The position numbers and the translations under genes were made by a program. Below, one piece after another: positions 18,140 through 25,387 of a DNA stretch of 32,000 nucleotides. A model generated the notes under the pieces. That model was given only the letters and a program-made list of their open reading frames with translations. It had not been told where the DNA came from and made no database searches. The DNA comes from Ferroglobus placidus DSM 10642 (GTDB lineage Archaea; Halobacteriota; Archaeoglobi; Archaeoglobales; Archaeoglobaceae), in NCBI RefSeq assembly GCF_000025505.1, contig NC_013849.1, positions 2,040,001 through 2,072,000 on the forward strand, given 5' to 3'. Each line of letters begins with the position of its first letter. Positions within the stretch are counted from its first letter, which is position 1.

Positions 18140-18351
18140 AATTTCCCCATCTTTTTCAGCTTTTCTATATGACTTCTTATTTTTTCTTTTTCATCTTCAG
18201 CTTTTATCTCTTTTCTTTCGCCTTTTTCGATTTCGAGCCACGGAACTTTAATTAACGCTGGAATGTGAATAAACGGAGGGTGCTCGTAGATTCTTATCGG
18301 AAATTGATAAGTGGACTCTCCGAAAGCTTCACTATTAAATTTTAGCTGGTG
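18139..18351 (-). pseudogene. Startless 71-codon open frame coupled to the methyltransferase start (probable 3' remnant of a lost gene)
   Basis: The stop-to-stop frame ...YEHPPFIHIPALIKVPWLEIEKGERKEIKAEDEKEKIRSHIEKLKKMGKL* has no ATG, GTG or TTG except near its end. Its TGA (18136..18138) overlaps the methyltransferase ATG (ATGA). Family not recognised. Confidence 0.3.
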
Positions 18352-18396
18352 CTATGAGTACCTGCAACACAGTAATTATTGGGACAGACCGCATAG

Positions 18397-18405
18397 TTTT
18401 TAAAA
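18397..18405 (+). promoter_or_regulatory. TATA-box candidate for the rml operon
   Basis: tttttaaaa is centred about 27 nt upstream of the rmlA ATG (18428) with no obvious RBS. This fits a leaderless archaeal transcript. Confidence 0.35.
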
Positions 18406-18427
18406 TCTTATTCACAAGATAACACCA

Positions 18428-19483
18428 ATGAAAGCCCTAATTCTTTCTGGCGGGCATGGAACTCGGTTGAGACCTTTAACCTACTCTCAACAGAAACAGC
18501 TCATACCTGTTGCAAACAAGCCGGTTTTATTTTATGCTATAGAGGATGTTATAGAAGCCGGTGTTAAGGAAATTGGGATTATAACCGGTCCGAATCGAGA
18601 GCAGGTTATTGAAACTGTCAACTCAGTTGATTGGGATGCTGAAATTACTTTCATTCATCAAGGAGATCCGAAAGGCTTGGCACATGCGATTCTTGTGGCT
18701 GAGGAATTCCTCGATAACGAAGAATTCGTAATGTATCTTGGTGATAATATCCTTAGAGATGGTATTGTTGATCATGCTAACAAGTTCAAGGAATTGAATC
18801 CGGACGCACTCATACTACTTACAGAGGTTGAAGAACCTCAACGCTTTGGAGTTGCTGAATTAGATGAAAACGGCAGAGTGAAGAGGTTAATAGAAAAGCC
18901 AAGAGTACCGCCATCTAACTATGCATTGGTTGGTGTTTACTTTTTTAAGCCCATAATTATAGAAGCTTGCAAAAATATCAAACCCTCTTGGAGGAACGAG
19001 CTTGAGATTACAGATGCAATTCAATGGCTTATCGACAACGGTTACAGGATTGAAGCATCTATTGTTACAGGATGGTGGAAAGACACTGGTAAGCCGGAGG
19101 ATATTTTAGAAGCTAACAGGCTCGTTTTGGATGAAATTGATGCAAAATGCGAAGGAATTTTGGAGAACTCGAAAGTTGTTGGAAGGGTTGTGATCGAGAA
19201 GAATTGTGTTGTTAAAAACTCAATAATAAAAGGTCCTTGCGTTATCGGGAAGAATTGCGTAATAGAAAACTCCTATATAGGACCTTACACATCCATAGGA
19301 GATAACTGCAAAATCGTGGAAACTGAGATTGAGGACAGCGTTATTATGGAGGGTAGTGAGATAATAAATGCTGGAAGAATTGTAGAGAGTTTAATAGGCA
19401 GAAATGTCGTAATTCGAAAGGGAGATTCGAAGCCGAGTGGTCAGAGATTCGTTGTGGGAGATAGCTCGCAAATAGTGTTGTGA
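18428..19483 (+). CDS. rmlA: Glucose-1-phosphate thymidylyltransferase, long form (with C-terminal hexapeptide domain)
   Basis: 351 aa. LSGGHGTRLRPLTYSQQKQLIPV signature and a beta-helix C-terminus. First gene of the rmlA-B-D-C series. Confidence 0.9.
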   Translation: MKALILSGGHGTRLRPLTYSQQKQLIPVANKPVLFYAIEDVIEAGVKEIGIITGPNREQVIETVNSVDWDAEITFIHQGDPKGLAHAILVAEEFLDNEEFVMYLGDNILRDGIVDHANKFKELNPDALILLTEVEEPQRFGVAELDENGRVKRLIEKPRVPPSNYALVGVYFFKPIIIEACKNIKPSWRNELEITDAIQWLIDNGYRIEASIVTGWWKDTGKPEDILEANRLVLDEIDAKCEGILENSKVVGRVVIEKNCVVKNSIIKGPCVIGKNCVIENSYIGPYTSIGDNCKIVETEIEDSVIMEGSEIINAGRIVESLIGRNVVIRKGDSKPSGQRFVVGDSSQIVL

Positions 19484-19487
19484 TAAC

Positions 19488-19995
19488 ATGAAAGTGCTAG
19501 TTACAGGAGGTCTGGGCTTCATAGGGAGTAACTTCGTAAGGTATATCTTAGAGAGGTATTCGGATGTTGAAGTTATTAACGTGGATGCAATGAAATACGG
19601 ATCGAATCCAGCAAATCTCAAAGATGTCGAGAACGACGAGAGGTATTCCTTCATTAAAGGCGATATATCTGATTATAAACTTATGTCTAAACTCGTAAGA
19701 GATGTAGACATTGTAATAAATTTCGCAGCGGAGACACATGTTGATAGGAGCATATCCAACCCGCAATCTTTTTTACAAAGTAACGTTGTTGGAATTTTTA
19801 CAATACTCGAAGCTTTGAGAAGGGAAAATCCTGAAGCTAAATTAGTTCACATCTCTACGGATGAAGTATACGGGGATATTTTAAACGGATCTTTCAGGGA
19901 AGATGATAGATTGAAACCTTCTTCACCGTATTCAGCGAGTAAGGCAGCTGCGGATATGTTTGTTCTTGCTTATGTAAGAACTTATGGCTTGCACG
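19488..19995 (+). pseudogene. rmlB: dTDP-glucose 4,6-dehydratase, 5' part (interrupted by the IS)
   Basis: MKVLVTGGLGFIGSNF..., the catalytic YSASKAA, then ...RTYGLH. After that the frame runs into IS sequence. It joins in frame with 21219..21712. Confidence 0.9.
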
Positions 19996-20009
19996 ACTTT
20001 GGGACAAAA

Positions 20010-20978
20010 TTACCTCATCACCCTCACAGCAAATATGTTGTGCCAAAGCCCGACAGCAAACAAAGCCATCTCTCTCCTGTCCTCCCTCCTCTGCCTTATC
20101 AACCATCCAAATCTCCTCTTATCAGCAGAAAATCCTGCCTCACTTAAGTTCCTCTTGAAGTACCTCTTCAGAAACCTATAAGGAGCTTCAACAATCCTCT
20201 CGATAACCCTCAACCAGTCAAATCCTATTCTGGCAAGATTTCGCTTTGGAATGACGTAGACAGCTGTCTCAGCATCAAACAGCCTCAGAGTCTTCCTACT
20301 GCTGTAATACTTATCCAGAGAAATCGAGTTTACCTTCACCCCCATGCTTTTGAGCATTCCTAAAGCCTTCTCAAAGGCATCTTTCTCAGATCTGTCAGAA
20401 TAGCCAAAGCCAACGTACATTCCCGTATCGATGTCAATTATCCTGAAAACGTATCTGAAGTCTTTACCTTTCCTTTTTAGATTGCTTCTATAGTGCTTAG
20501 TGATGGTTAGGCTGTATCCTGTCCCATCTCCTGAAAAATCTCCTGAAACTCCTTCCTCTCTAAGCAGAAGGATGAAGAGGTTGTGTAAAGCCATTCTAAC
20601 TTCTTCATCCGAGTATAATCTTTCTATCGTTTTGTAGCTAACCTTTATCCCGAATAAAGGTTCAAACAGCTCTAAAAGCTCCTCAATATCTCTGTTTGAT
20701 TTGTCCATCAGCCTTGCAAACAGAAAGAGCATAACTCTCTTCTCCAGATCAACTTTCTTTGGTCTTCCCACCCTCTTTTGCACGGTTATCACAGAAATAG
20801 CCTCTCTAACGTATTCAGGGAGTTTTCTCAGCCTTTCCTTAACAACTTCTCTCTTCCTCTCCCATTCTGTGTACGGATACTTTTCCTTCTCCTCCTGTCT
20901 TATCTCCTCTGCAATTTCATCCAAAACATCCAGAAGTTCCCTTACAAACTTCCCTGTCACTCTGAATCCAAGGTTCAT
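20010..20978 (-). CDS. IS transposase (ISA1214-like)
   Basis: 322-aa ORF that fills the element. It sits between the IRs and is unrelated to the rml context. Confidence 0.85.
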   Translation of the reverse strand: MNLGFRVTGKFVRELLDVLDEIAEEIRQEEKEKYPYTEWERKREVVKERLRKLPEYVREAISVITVQKRVGRPKKVDLEKRVMLFLFARLMDKSNRDIEELLELFEPLFGIKVSYKTIERLYSDEEVRMALHNLFILLLREEGVSGDFSGDGTGYSLTITKHYRSNLKRKGKDFRYVFRIIDIDTGMYVGFGYSDRSEKDAFEKALGMLKSMGVKVNSISLDKYYSSRKTLRLFDAETAVYVIPKRNLARIGFDWLRVIERIVEAPYRFLKRYFKRNLSEAGFSADKRRFGWLIRQRREDRREMALFAVGLWHNIFAVRVMR

Positions 20979-21029
20979 GTTCTGATTCCAACCAAAAAGT
21001 ATTTAAGTATTTCTATGGATATACTTAAC

Positions 21030-21188
21030 ATGAGGAGGGTTGAAGTGAAGAAGGGAGATTTTGTTCTGAAAGAGGAGGTTGAGGTTGTTTTCGAGAAGAG
21101 AGTCACGCCTTTCGGTAATTCAGCAAAGGTTGATGTGCCCAAGAGGTATATTGGGTGGAGAGCGTATGTGATTGTTGTCAGGGATTAA
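21030..21188 (+). CDS. Small transposon-encoded protein (DUF2080-like)
   Basis: MRRVEVKKGDFVLKEEVEVVFEKRVTPFGNSAKVDVPKRYIGWRAYVIVV. The TPFGNS...VPK..IG pattern matches the archaeal transposon-associated DUF2080 family as I remember it. An alternative ATG lies at 21015. Divergent from the transposase. Confidence 0.65.
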   Translation: MRRVEVKKGDFVLKEEVEVVFEKRVTPFGNSAKVDVPKRYIGWRAYVIVVRD

Positions 21189-21208
21189 AGGAATTTTGTC
21201 CCAAAACC

Positions 21209-21712
21209 GGCTTGCACGCTATGATTACAAGGTGCACGAATAACTATGGACCCTATCAGTTCCCGGAGAAGCTGATTCCTAAGACAATTATCAGAGCATC
21301 GATGGGTCTAAAAGTGCCCATTTACGGGACTGGCAAGAACGTTAGAGATTGGATCTACGTTTTGGATCACTGCGAAGCAATAAATTTAGTGATGAGGGAA
21401 GGAGAGAAAGGTGAGATCTACAACATCTCAAGCGGGGAGGAGAAAACTAATTTAGAAGTCGTGAAAACAATTCTCGATCTCATGGGCAAGGATGATAGCT
21501 TAATCGAGTTCGTTGAAGACAGACCAGGACACGATATGAGGTATAGCTTAGATTCCTCAAAAATCAGAGAAGAATTAGGTTGGAAACCCAAGCACAGCTT
21601 TGAGGAAGGGATAAGGGAAACTGTGAAATGGTATCTGCAGAATGAGTGGTGGTGGAAACCTTTAGCTGACGAAAGAGTGTTGCATCCGACTCCTTGGAAG
21701 CTAAGGTGGTAA
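21209..21712 (+). pseudogene. rmlB: dTDP-glucose 4,6-dehydratase, 3' part
   Basis: Reads GLHAMITRCTNNYGPYQFPEKLIPK...DRPGHDMRY... Removing the IS plus one repeat copy gives an uninterrupted 1002-nt (334-codon) reading frame. Confidence 0.9.
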
Positions 21713-21744
21713 TGTTTAAAAAGTGTCATTTCAAACATATCACC

Positions 21745-21990
21745 ATGGTATCTGATGTGGAAATAATTAAAGATTTGGATAAACAGGGTAGGTTGGTATT
21801 GCCAAAGGAATGGAGGGAAAAATACGCTAAGAGGGGGAAAGTAATTCTGAAAGTAGAGAACGACACTATCGTAATAAAGCCGTATAAATTAGCGGATCTA
21901 ACGGAATTCTTCGATAAAATTGAGGTTGACATTAAGTCCGATCTATCTGACTGGAAATCTGTAAGGAGGGAGCTACTTGAGGTTCGTTGA
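21745..21990 (+). CDS. vapB: AbrB/SpoVT-type antitoxin (VapB-like)
   Basis: MVSDVEIIKDLDKQGRLVLPKEWREKY...IVIKP is the swapped-hairpin motif. Overlaps the downstream PIN gene. Alternative start at 21712. Confidence 0.75.
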   Translation: MVSDVEIIKDLDKQGRLVLPKEWREKYAKRGKVILKVENDTIVIKPYKLADLTEFFDKIEVDIKSDLSDWKSVRRELLEVR

Positions 21991-22393
21991 TGCAAGCGTT
22001 TTTGTTCACGCATATCTTAAGCCGAAAAGAAAACTTAAGCCTAATGAAGTTAAGGTGAAGGAATCTGCCAAAGAGATCGTGAAGAGAATCAACGATGGTG
22101 AAGAAGTCGGTATAACTGTCGTGCAGATAACTGAGATAGCAAACCTGTTGGAGAGTTATTTACCTCTTAGCGAGGCTCTGAAGGTTGAGGAGTTTCTTCT
22201 ATTAGCTGGAAACGTGAAGGTTTTTGATGTTACGAAGAAAGATTGTTTGAAAGCTGTGAAGATAGCCAAGGAGAAAGATGTTGGATTGAGCGATGCGATA
22301 GCTTACGTGGTAATGAAGAAAAACAGCGTTGGGGAGATATATTCGTTCGATACCGATTTCGACAAGCTTGATGTGACAAGGGTTACAGAGTGA
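21977..22393 (+). CDS. vapC: PIN-domain toxin (VapC)
   Basis: 138 aa. N-terminal RFVDASVFV, then ...LSDAIAYV... and a C-terminal SFDTDF motif. TTG start. Confidence 0.8.
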   Translation: MRFVDASVFVHAYLKPKRKLKPNEVKVKESAKEIVKRINDGEEVGITVVQITEIANLLESYLPLSEALKVEEFLLLAGNVKVFDVTKKDCLKAVKIAKEKDVGLSDAIAYVVMKKNSVGEIYSFDTDFDKLDVTRVTE

Positions 22394-22397
22394 TAAC

Positions 22398-23270
22398 ATG
22401 AGAATTTTCATCACTGGGGGAAGCGGTCTTTTGGGAAGCAAATTGGCTGAGATAGCTTTGGAAAAGGGGTATGAAGTTTATTCTGGTTACAACAGTCATA
22501 AGCCCGAGTTTGGTAAGCCGGTTAAGTTTGACTTAGCTAATTCAGATAGTGTTGTAAGAGCTATTAGCGAAGTTAAGCCAGATGTGATTGTCCACTCTGC
22601 AGCACTTACAGATGTTGACAGGTGCGAAGTTGAGAAAGATCTAGCCTATAAGATAAACGTTGAAGGAACTAAGATCGTTGCTGAAATGGCAAGAAAGGTT
22701 GGAGCTTACATGGTTTACATCTCAACGGATTACGTTTTCGATGGAGAGAGGGGGATGTACAAGGAGGAAGATGAAACCCATCCCATTAACTATTACGGCT
22801 ACACGAAGCTGTTAGGAGAGAAATACTGTCGGGATTTCTGCATTGCAAGAACTTGCGTTATATACGGAGCGAAACCGGCAAGCGGTAAGGTTAACTTCGC
22901 TTTGTGGTTGATTAACAAGCTCGAGAACGGAGAAAGCGTTAAAATCGTTACTGATCAGTTTATTACTCCTACTTTAAACACCAACCTTGCTAAGATGGTT
23001 TTTGAATGTGCAGAACGGAAGCTAAAAGGAGTTTTCCATTTAGCTGGAGCAACGAGAGTTTCGAGGTTCGAATTCGCTAAAGAAATTGCAAGAGTCTTTG
23101 GATTGGATGATAGTTTGATTACTCCATCAAGAATGGACGAAATAAACTGGATCGCTAAAAGACCAAGGGATTCGTCTCTCGATACTTCTAAAGCTCGGAA
23201 TTTGCTCGATGAAAAACCTTACGAGTTGAGAAAAGCTTTAAAGACTCTTAAAGATGAGATTGAGGTGTAA
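22398..23270 (+). CDS. rmlD: dTDP-4-dehydrorhamnose reductase
   Basis: 290 aa. MRIFITGGSGLLGSKL, STDYVFDG and YGYTKLLGE (the YxxxK motif). Confidence 0.9.
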   Translation: MRIFITGGSGLLGSKLAEIALEKGYEVYSGYNSHKPEFGKPVKFDLANSDSVVRAISEVKPDVIVHSAALTDVDRCEVEKDLAYKINVEGTKIVAEMARKVGAYMVYISTDYVFDGERGMYKEEDETHPINYYGYTKLLGEKYCRDFCIARTCVIYGAKPASGKVNFALWLINKLENGESVKIVTDQFITPTLNTNLAKMVFECAERKLKGVFHLAGATRVSRFEFAKEIARVFGLDDSLITPSRMDEINWIAKRPRDSSLDTSKARNLLDEKPYELRKALKTLKDEIEV

Positions 23271-23272
23271 CT

Positions 23273-23389
23273 ATGCTTCCCGGCATAGTTATCAAGCCCT
23301 TAAAGAGGTTTGCAGATGAGAGGGGATTTTTCACCGAAATAATGCGTAAGGACTGGGACATCTTAAAAAGCAAACCCAAATGTTTTTAA
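23273..23389 (+). pseudogene. Duplicated 5' end of rmlC (38-codon stub)
   Basis: MLPGIVIKPLKRFADERGFFTEIMRKDW..., then unrelated sequence and a stop. Positions 23301..23356 are identical to 24036..24091. The first 28 nt differ from the real rmlC at 8 positions, mostly synonymous. Confidence 0.8.
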
Positions 23390-23392
23390 GAT
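23360..23392 (+). promoter_or_regulatory. Perfect 10-bp inverted repeat at the left edge of the inserted cassette (operator or hairpin candidate)
   Basis: atcttaaaaa (23360..23369) and tttttaagat (23383..23392) are separated by a 13-nt loop. The repeat lies about 20 nt upstream of the ATG at 23412, and the right arm resembles a TATA box. Confidence 0.35.
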
Positions 23393-23411
23393 TTAGGATG
23401 GAGAAGAAATT

Positions 23412-23660
23412 ATGATTTCGATAAGAAGAGAAGTTCATGAAGAGATTTTGAAAAGACTTCTCACTGAGCTTGAATATTACGAGGCTATTATCGCTAAATT
23501 TGAGAAAAAATACAAATGCTCTTTAGATGAGCTAGAAAGAAAAATTGAAAGAGAAGGTGTGCCTTTAGACAACCACGAAATTTGGGAAGATAGTATAGAA
23601 TGGAGAAATGCCGTTGAAGAGGTAGAAAGACTAAAGAAGCTCATAGAAGAGTTAAAATGA
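23412..23660 (+). CDS. 82-aa coiled-coil protein, putative partner or antitoxin of the downstream gene
   Basis: Charged, helical sequence. ATGA overlap with the next ORF. Family not recognised. Confidence 0.55.
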   Translation: MISIRREVHEEILKRLLTELEYYEAIIAKFEKKYKCSLDELERKIEREGVPLDNHEIWEDSIEWRNAVEEVERLKKLIEELK

Positions 23661-23995
23661 CTGAAATCCTTAAAAAAGTCGCAAAGAAGTTGCTGGATTA
23701 CGACATCGTATTAAAAGTGGAATTTTTGGGGACAAAGGTCAGGGCTTATTTGGTTAATGGATACGTTCTTGATGTATATTATAACCAAACGCTTGGAAAA
23801 TATAGCTACACACTAATAAGAGAGAACAGGAGAATAATTGGATGGGATAACGCACCGCACCACGTATCTGTAAGAACACATCCAGACCATTTTCATGACG
23901 TAGATGGAAAAATTAAGCCATCGTATTTGTCTGGAAATCCTCTGAAAGATTTGAATGAAGTCCTAAATGTTATTAGGAATGTGTTATTGGATTGA
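23657..23995 (+). CDS. DUF6516 / TumE-like putative toxin
   Basis: 112 aa. IGWDNAPHHVSVRTHPDHFHD resembles the (Y/W)DNAPHH...FPHHKH signature of the TumE/DUF6516 family as I remember it. Its last codons and stop lie inside the duplicated rmlD 3' sequence gattgaggtg. Confidence 0.6.
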   Translation: MTEILKKVAKKLLDYDIVLKVEFLGTKVRAYLVNGYVLDVYYNQTLGKYSYTLIRENRRIIGWDNAPHHVSVRTHPDHFHDVDGKIKPSYLSGNPLKDLNEVLNVIRNVLLD

Positions 23996-24007
23996 GGTGG
24001 TGTAATC

Positions 24008-24508
24008 ATGCTCCCTGGTATAGTTGTTAAACCTCTAAAGAGGTTTGCAGATGAGAGGGGATTTTTCACCGAAATAATGCGTAAGGACTGGAGTGATATT
24101 TTCAAAGATGAGATAGTTCAGGCGAATCTGTCAATTACCTATCCAGGGATCGTTAGAGCCTGGCACAAACACGAGAGGGGACAAGTTGATTACTTTGTCT
24201 GCATTAAAGGAGCAATCAAAATTTGTGTCTACGATGAAAAAACTCAGGAGTTAGCTGAAATTATTTCCACTGGAGATAATCCTCAAGTTGTCAGAGTTCC
24301 CGGGCACTACTGGCATGGGTTTAAAGCTATCGGCGTTGAGCCAGCGATGTTGGTCTATTTCGTGAGTAGGTTGTATGATTACGAGAACCCTGACGAAGTG
24401 CGGAGACCTTGGAACGATCCTACAGTAGTTCCAAAGATAATAAATGGTAGAACTGACGATCCCCGCTGTAACAAGCCGTGGGACTGGTTCTACCCACCAT
24501 ATAAATAA
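24008..24508 (+). CDS. rmlC: dTDP-4-dehydrorhamnose 3,5-epimerase family (cupin)
   Basis: 166 aa. FADERGFFTE, WHKHERGQVDYF..., and the rml context. Confidence 0.8.
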   Translation: MLPGIVVKPLKRFADERGFFTEIMRKDWSDIFKDEIVQANLSITYPGIVRAWHKHERGQVDYFVCIKGAIKICVYDEKTQELAEIISTGDNPQVVRVPGHYWHGFKAIGVEPAMLVYFVSRLYDYENPDEVRRPWNDPTVVPKIINGRTDDPRCNKPWDWFYPPYK

Positions 24509-24601
24509 AATAGTTTGAAATGTTTATAAAAAATTTTATAAAATGGAGATGAGGGTAATGCCTCAGTAATGTTTATATTCAATTAGTTGGATAAATCGGT
24601 G

Positions 24602-24886
24602 ATGATGTGTCCGCATTGCAAATCGATAAAAACTGTGAAAATGGGCTGTTATTACACGAAATCTGGTGAGAGGAGGCAGAGATACAAATGCAAGAGCTGC
24701 GGGAGAACTTTCGTTTTGAATCCGATAAAGCCGAGGAATTATCCCGAGGAATTTAAGGAGATGGTAGTTAGAGCTGTTGTGAAGGAGGGTGTAGGGATAA
24801 GACAAGCGAGCAGAATTTTCAAGCTTTCTCCTAACACTGTGACAGCTTGGGTAAGAGAATTTTCTAAAAAAAGACCTGAGAAATGA
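24602..24886 (+). CDS. IS1 InsA-like zinc-finger/HTH protein (orfA)
   Basis: MMCPHCKS...YKCKSCGRTF zinc finger followed by an HTH region (GIRQASRIFKLSPNTVTAWV). A GGTGAT sits immediately upstream of the ATG. Confidence 0.75.
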   Translation: MMCPHCKSIKTVKMGCYYTKSGERRQRYKCKSCGRTFVLNPIKPRNYPEEFKEMVVRAVVKEGVGIRQASRIFKLSPNTVTAWVREFSKKRPEK

Positions 24887-25301
24887 GATTAGATCGGAAA
24901 AGCCTGTTATCGAGTTAGATGAAGCTTGGAGTTTTGTTAAGAAAAAGGAAAACGAAATCTGGATTTGGATTGCTTTAGAGAGAAATTCCCGAAAAATAAT
25001 AAGTTATGCAATAGGAGATCGTTCTGTGGATACTTTCAAGAAATTGTGGGACGGAATTGGCGATGAAATAAAGCGGAAAGCAATTTTCTACACGGATCGC
25101 TGGGACGCTTATAATTTGATTCCTTACAGGCAGAGAATCGTAAGAAGAGGAGGAACGAACCACGTTGAAAGGTTATTCTTAACTCTGAGAAATGATAATC
25201 CGAGATTCGCAAGAAAATCAATCAGATTCTCAAAATCCTCGGAAATGCTCGAAAATTCTTTTAAATTGTGGATTCATTACTATAATTTATCAACATTATA
25301 G
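24855..25301 (+). CDS. IS1 InsB-like DDE catalytic part (orfB), no start of its own, +1 frame relative to orfA
   Basis: The frame is open from 24855: ...ELDEAWSFVKKKENEIWIWIALERNSRKIISYAIGDRS...FYTDRWDAY...NHVERLF..., the IS1 DDE motifs. It overlaps orfA across the A7 run at 24866..24872. Confidence 0.7.
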   Translation, partial: ENFLKKDLRNEIRSEKPVIELDEAWSFVKKKENEIWIWIALERNSRKIISYAIGDRSVDTFKKLWDGIGDEIKRKAIFYTDRWDAYNLIPYRQRIVRRGGTNHVERLFLTLRNDNPRFARKSIRFSKSSEMLENSFKLWIHYYNLSTL

Positions 25302-25387
25302 TGACACTACCGAGATGAGAACCAATCAAGTCTTTCAGAGGATAGCAAGAGGGTCAGAGATAGTATTCGTTGACACAATTATCTCAG

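Larger units (their letters stand above)
19995..21208 (-). mobile_element. ISA1214-type insertion sequence, 1213-1214 bp
   Basis: Terminal inverted repeats have a perfect 14-bp core: tttgggacaaaatt at 19998..20011 and its complement at 21192..21205. The element is flanked by the direct repeat ggcttgcac(g) at 19986..19995 and 21209..21218. It carries a 322-aa transposase and a divergent small ORF. Confidence 0.85.
24554..25311 (+). mobile_element. IS1-family insertion sequence, 758 bp
   Basis: Terminal IRs ggtaatgcctcagtaatgtt and ggtagtgtcactataatgtt match at 15 of 20 positions. The 8-bp direct repeat gagatgag flanks the element at 24546..24553 and 25312..25319. It carries two-part InsA/InsB-like coding. 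Confidence 0.8.

Noticed and set aside
19480-19491. An identical 12-nt junction, gTGATAACATGa, at rmlA/rmlB (19480..19491) and vapC/rmlD (22390..22401), as possible evidence for a duplicated operon joint
   Set aside because: By a rough estimate, tens of identical 12-mer pairs are expected by chance in 32 kb. The motif is simply stop-stop-C-ATG with a GTGAT Shine-Dalgarno-like core, so it is too short to prove a shared origin.
19488-20147. The ORF-track versions 19488..20147 and 21155..21712 taken as two independent genes, and 20778..21188 taken as a 136-aa protein
   Set aside because: The extra residues are read-through into IS sequence or antisense to the transposase. The real units are the two halves of rmlB and the roughly 52-aa DUF2080-like ORF.
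24523-24553. Two tandem TTTATAAAA motifs, plus a 42-codon ORF (MEMRTNQVFQRIARGSEIVFVDT...) that would be restored by removing the IS1 element
   Set aside because: The TATA-like motifs are too close to the ATG. The ORF is short, overlaps the sulfatase-like gene's 3' end, and its PIN-like FVDT motif is only 4 residues.
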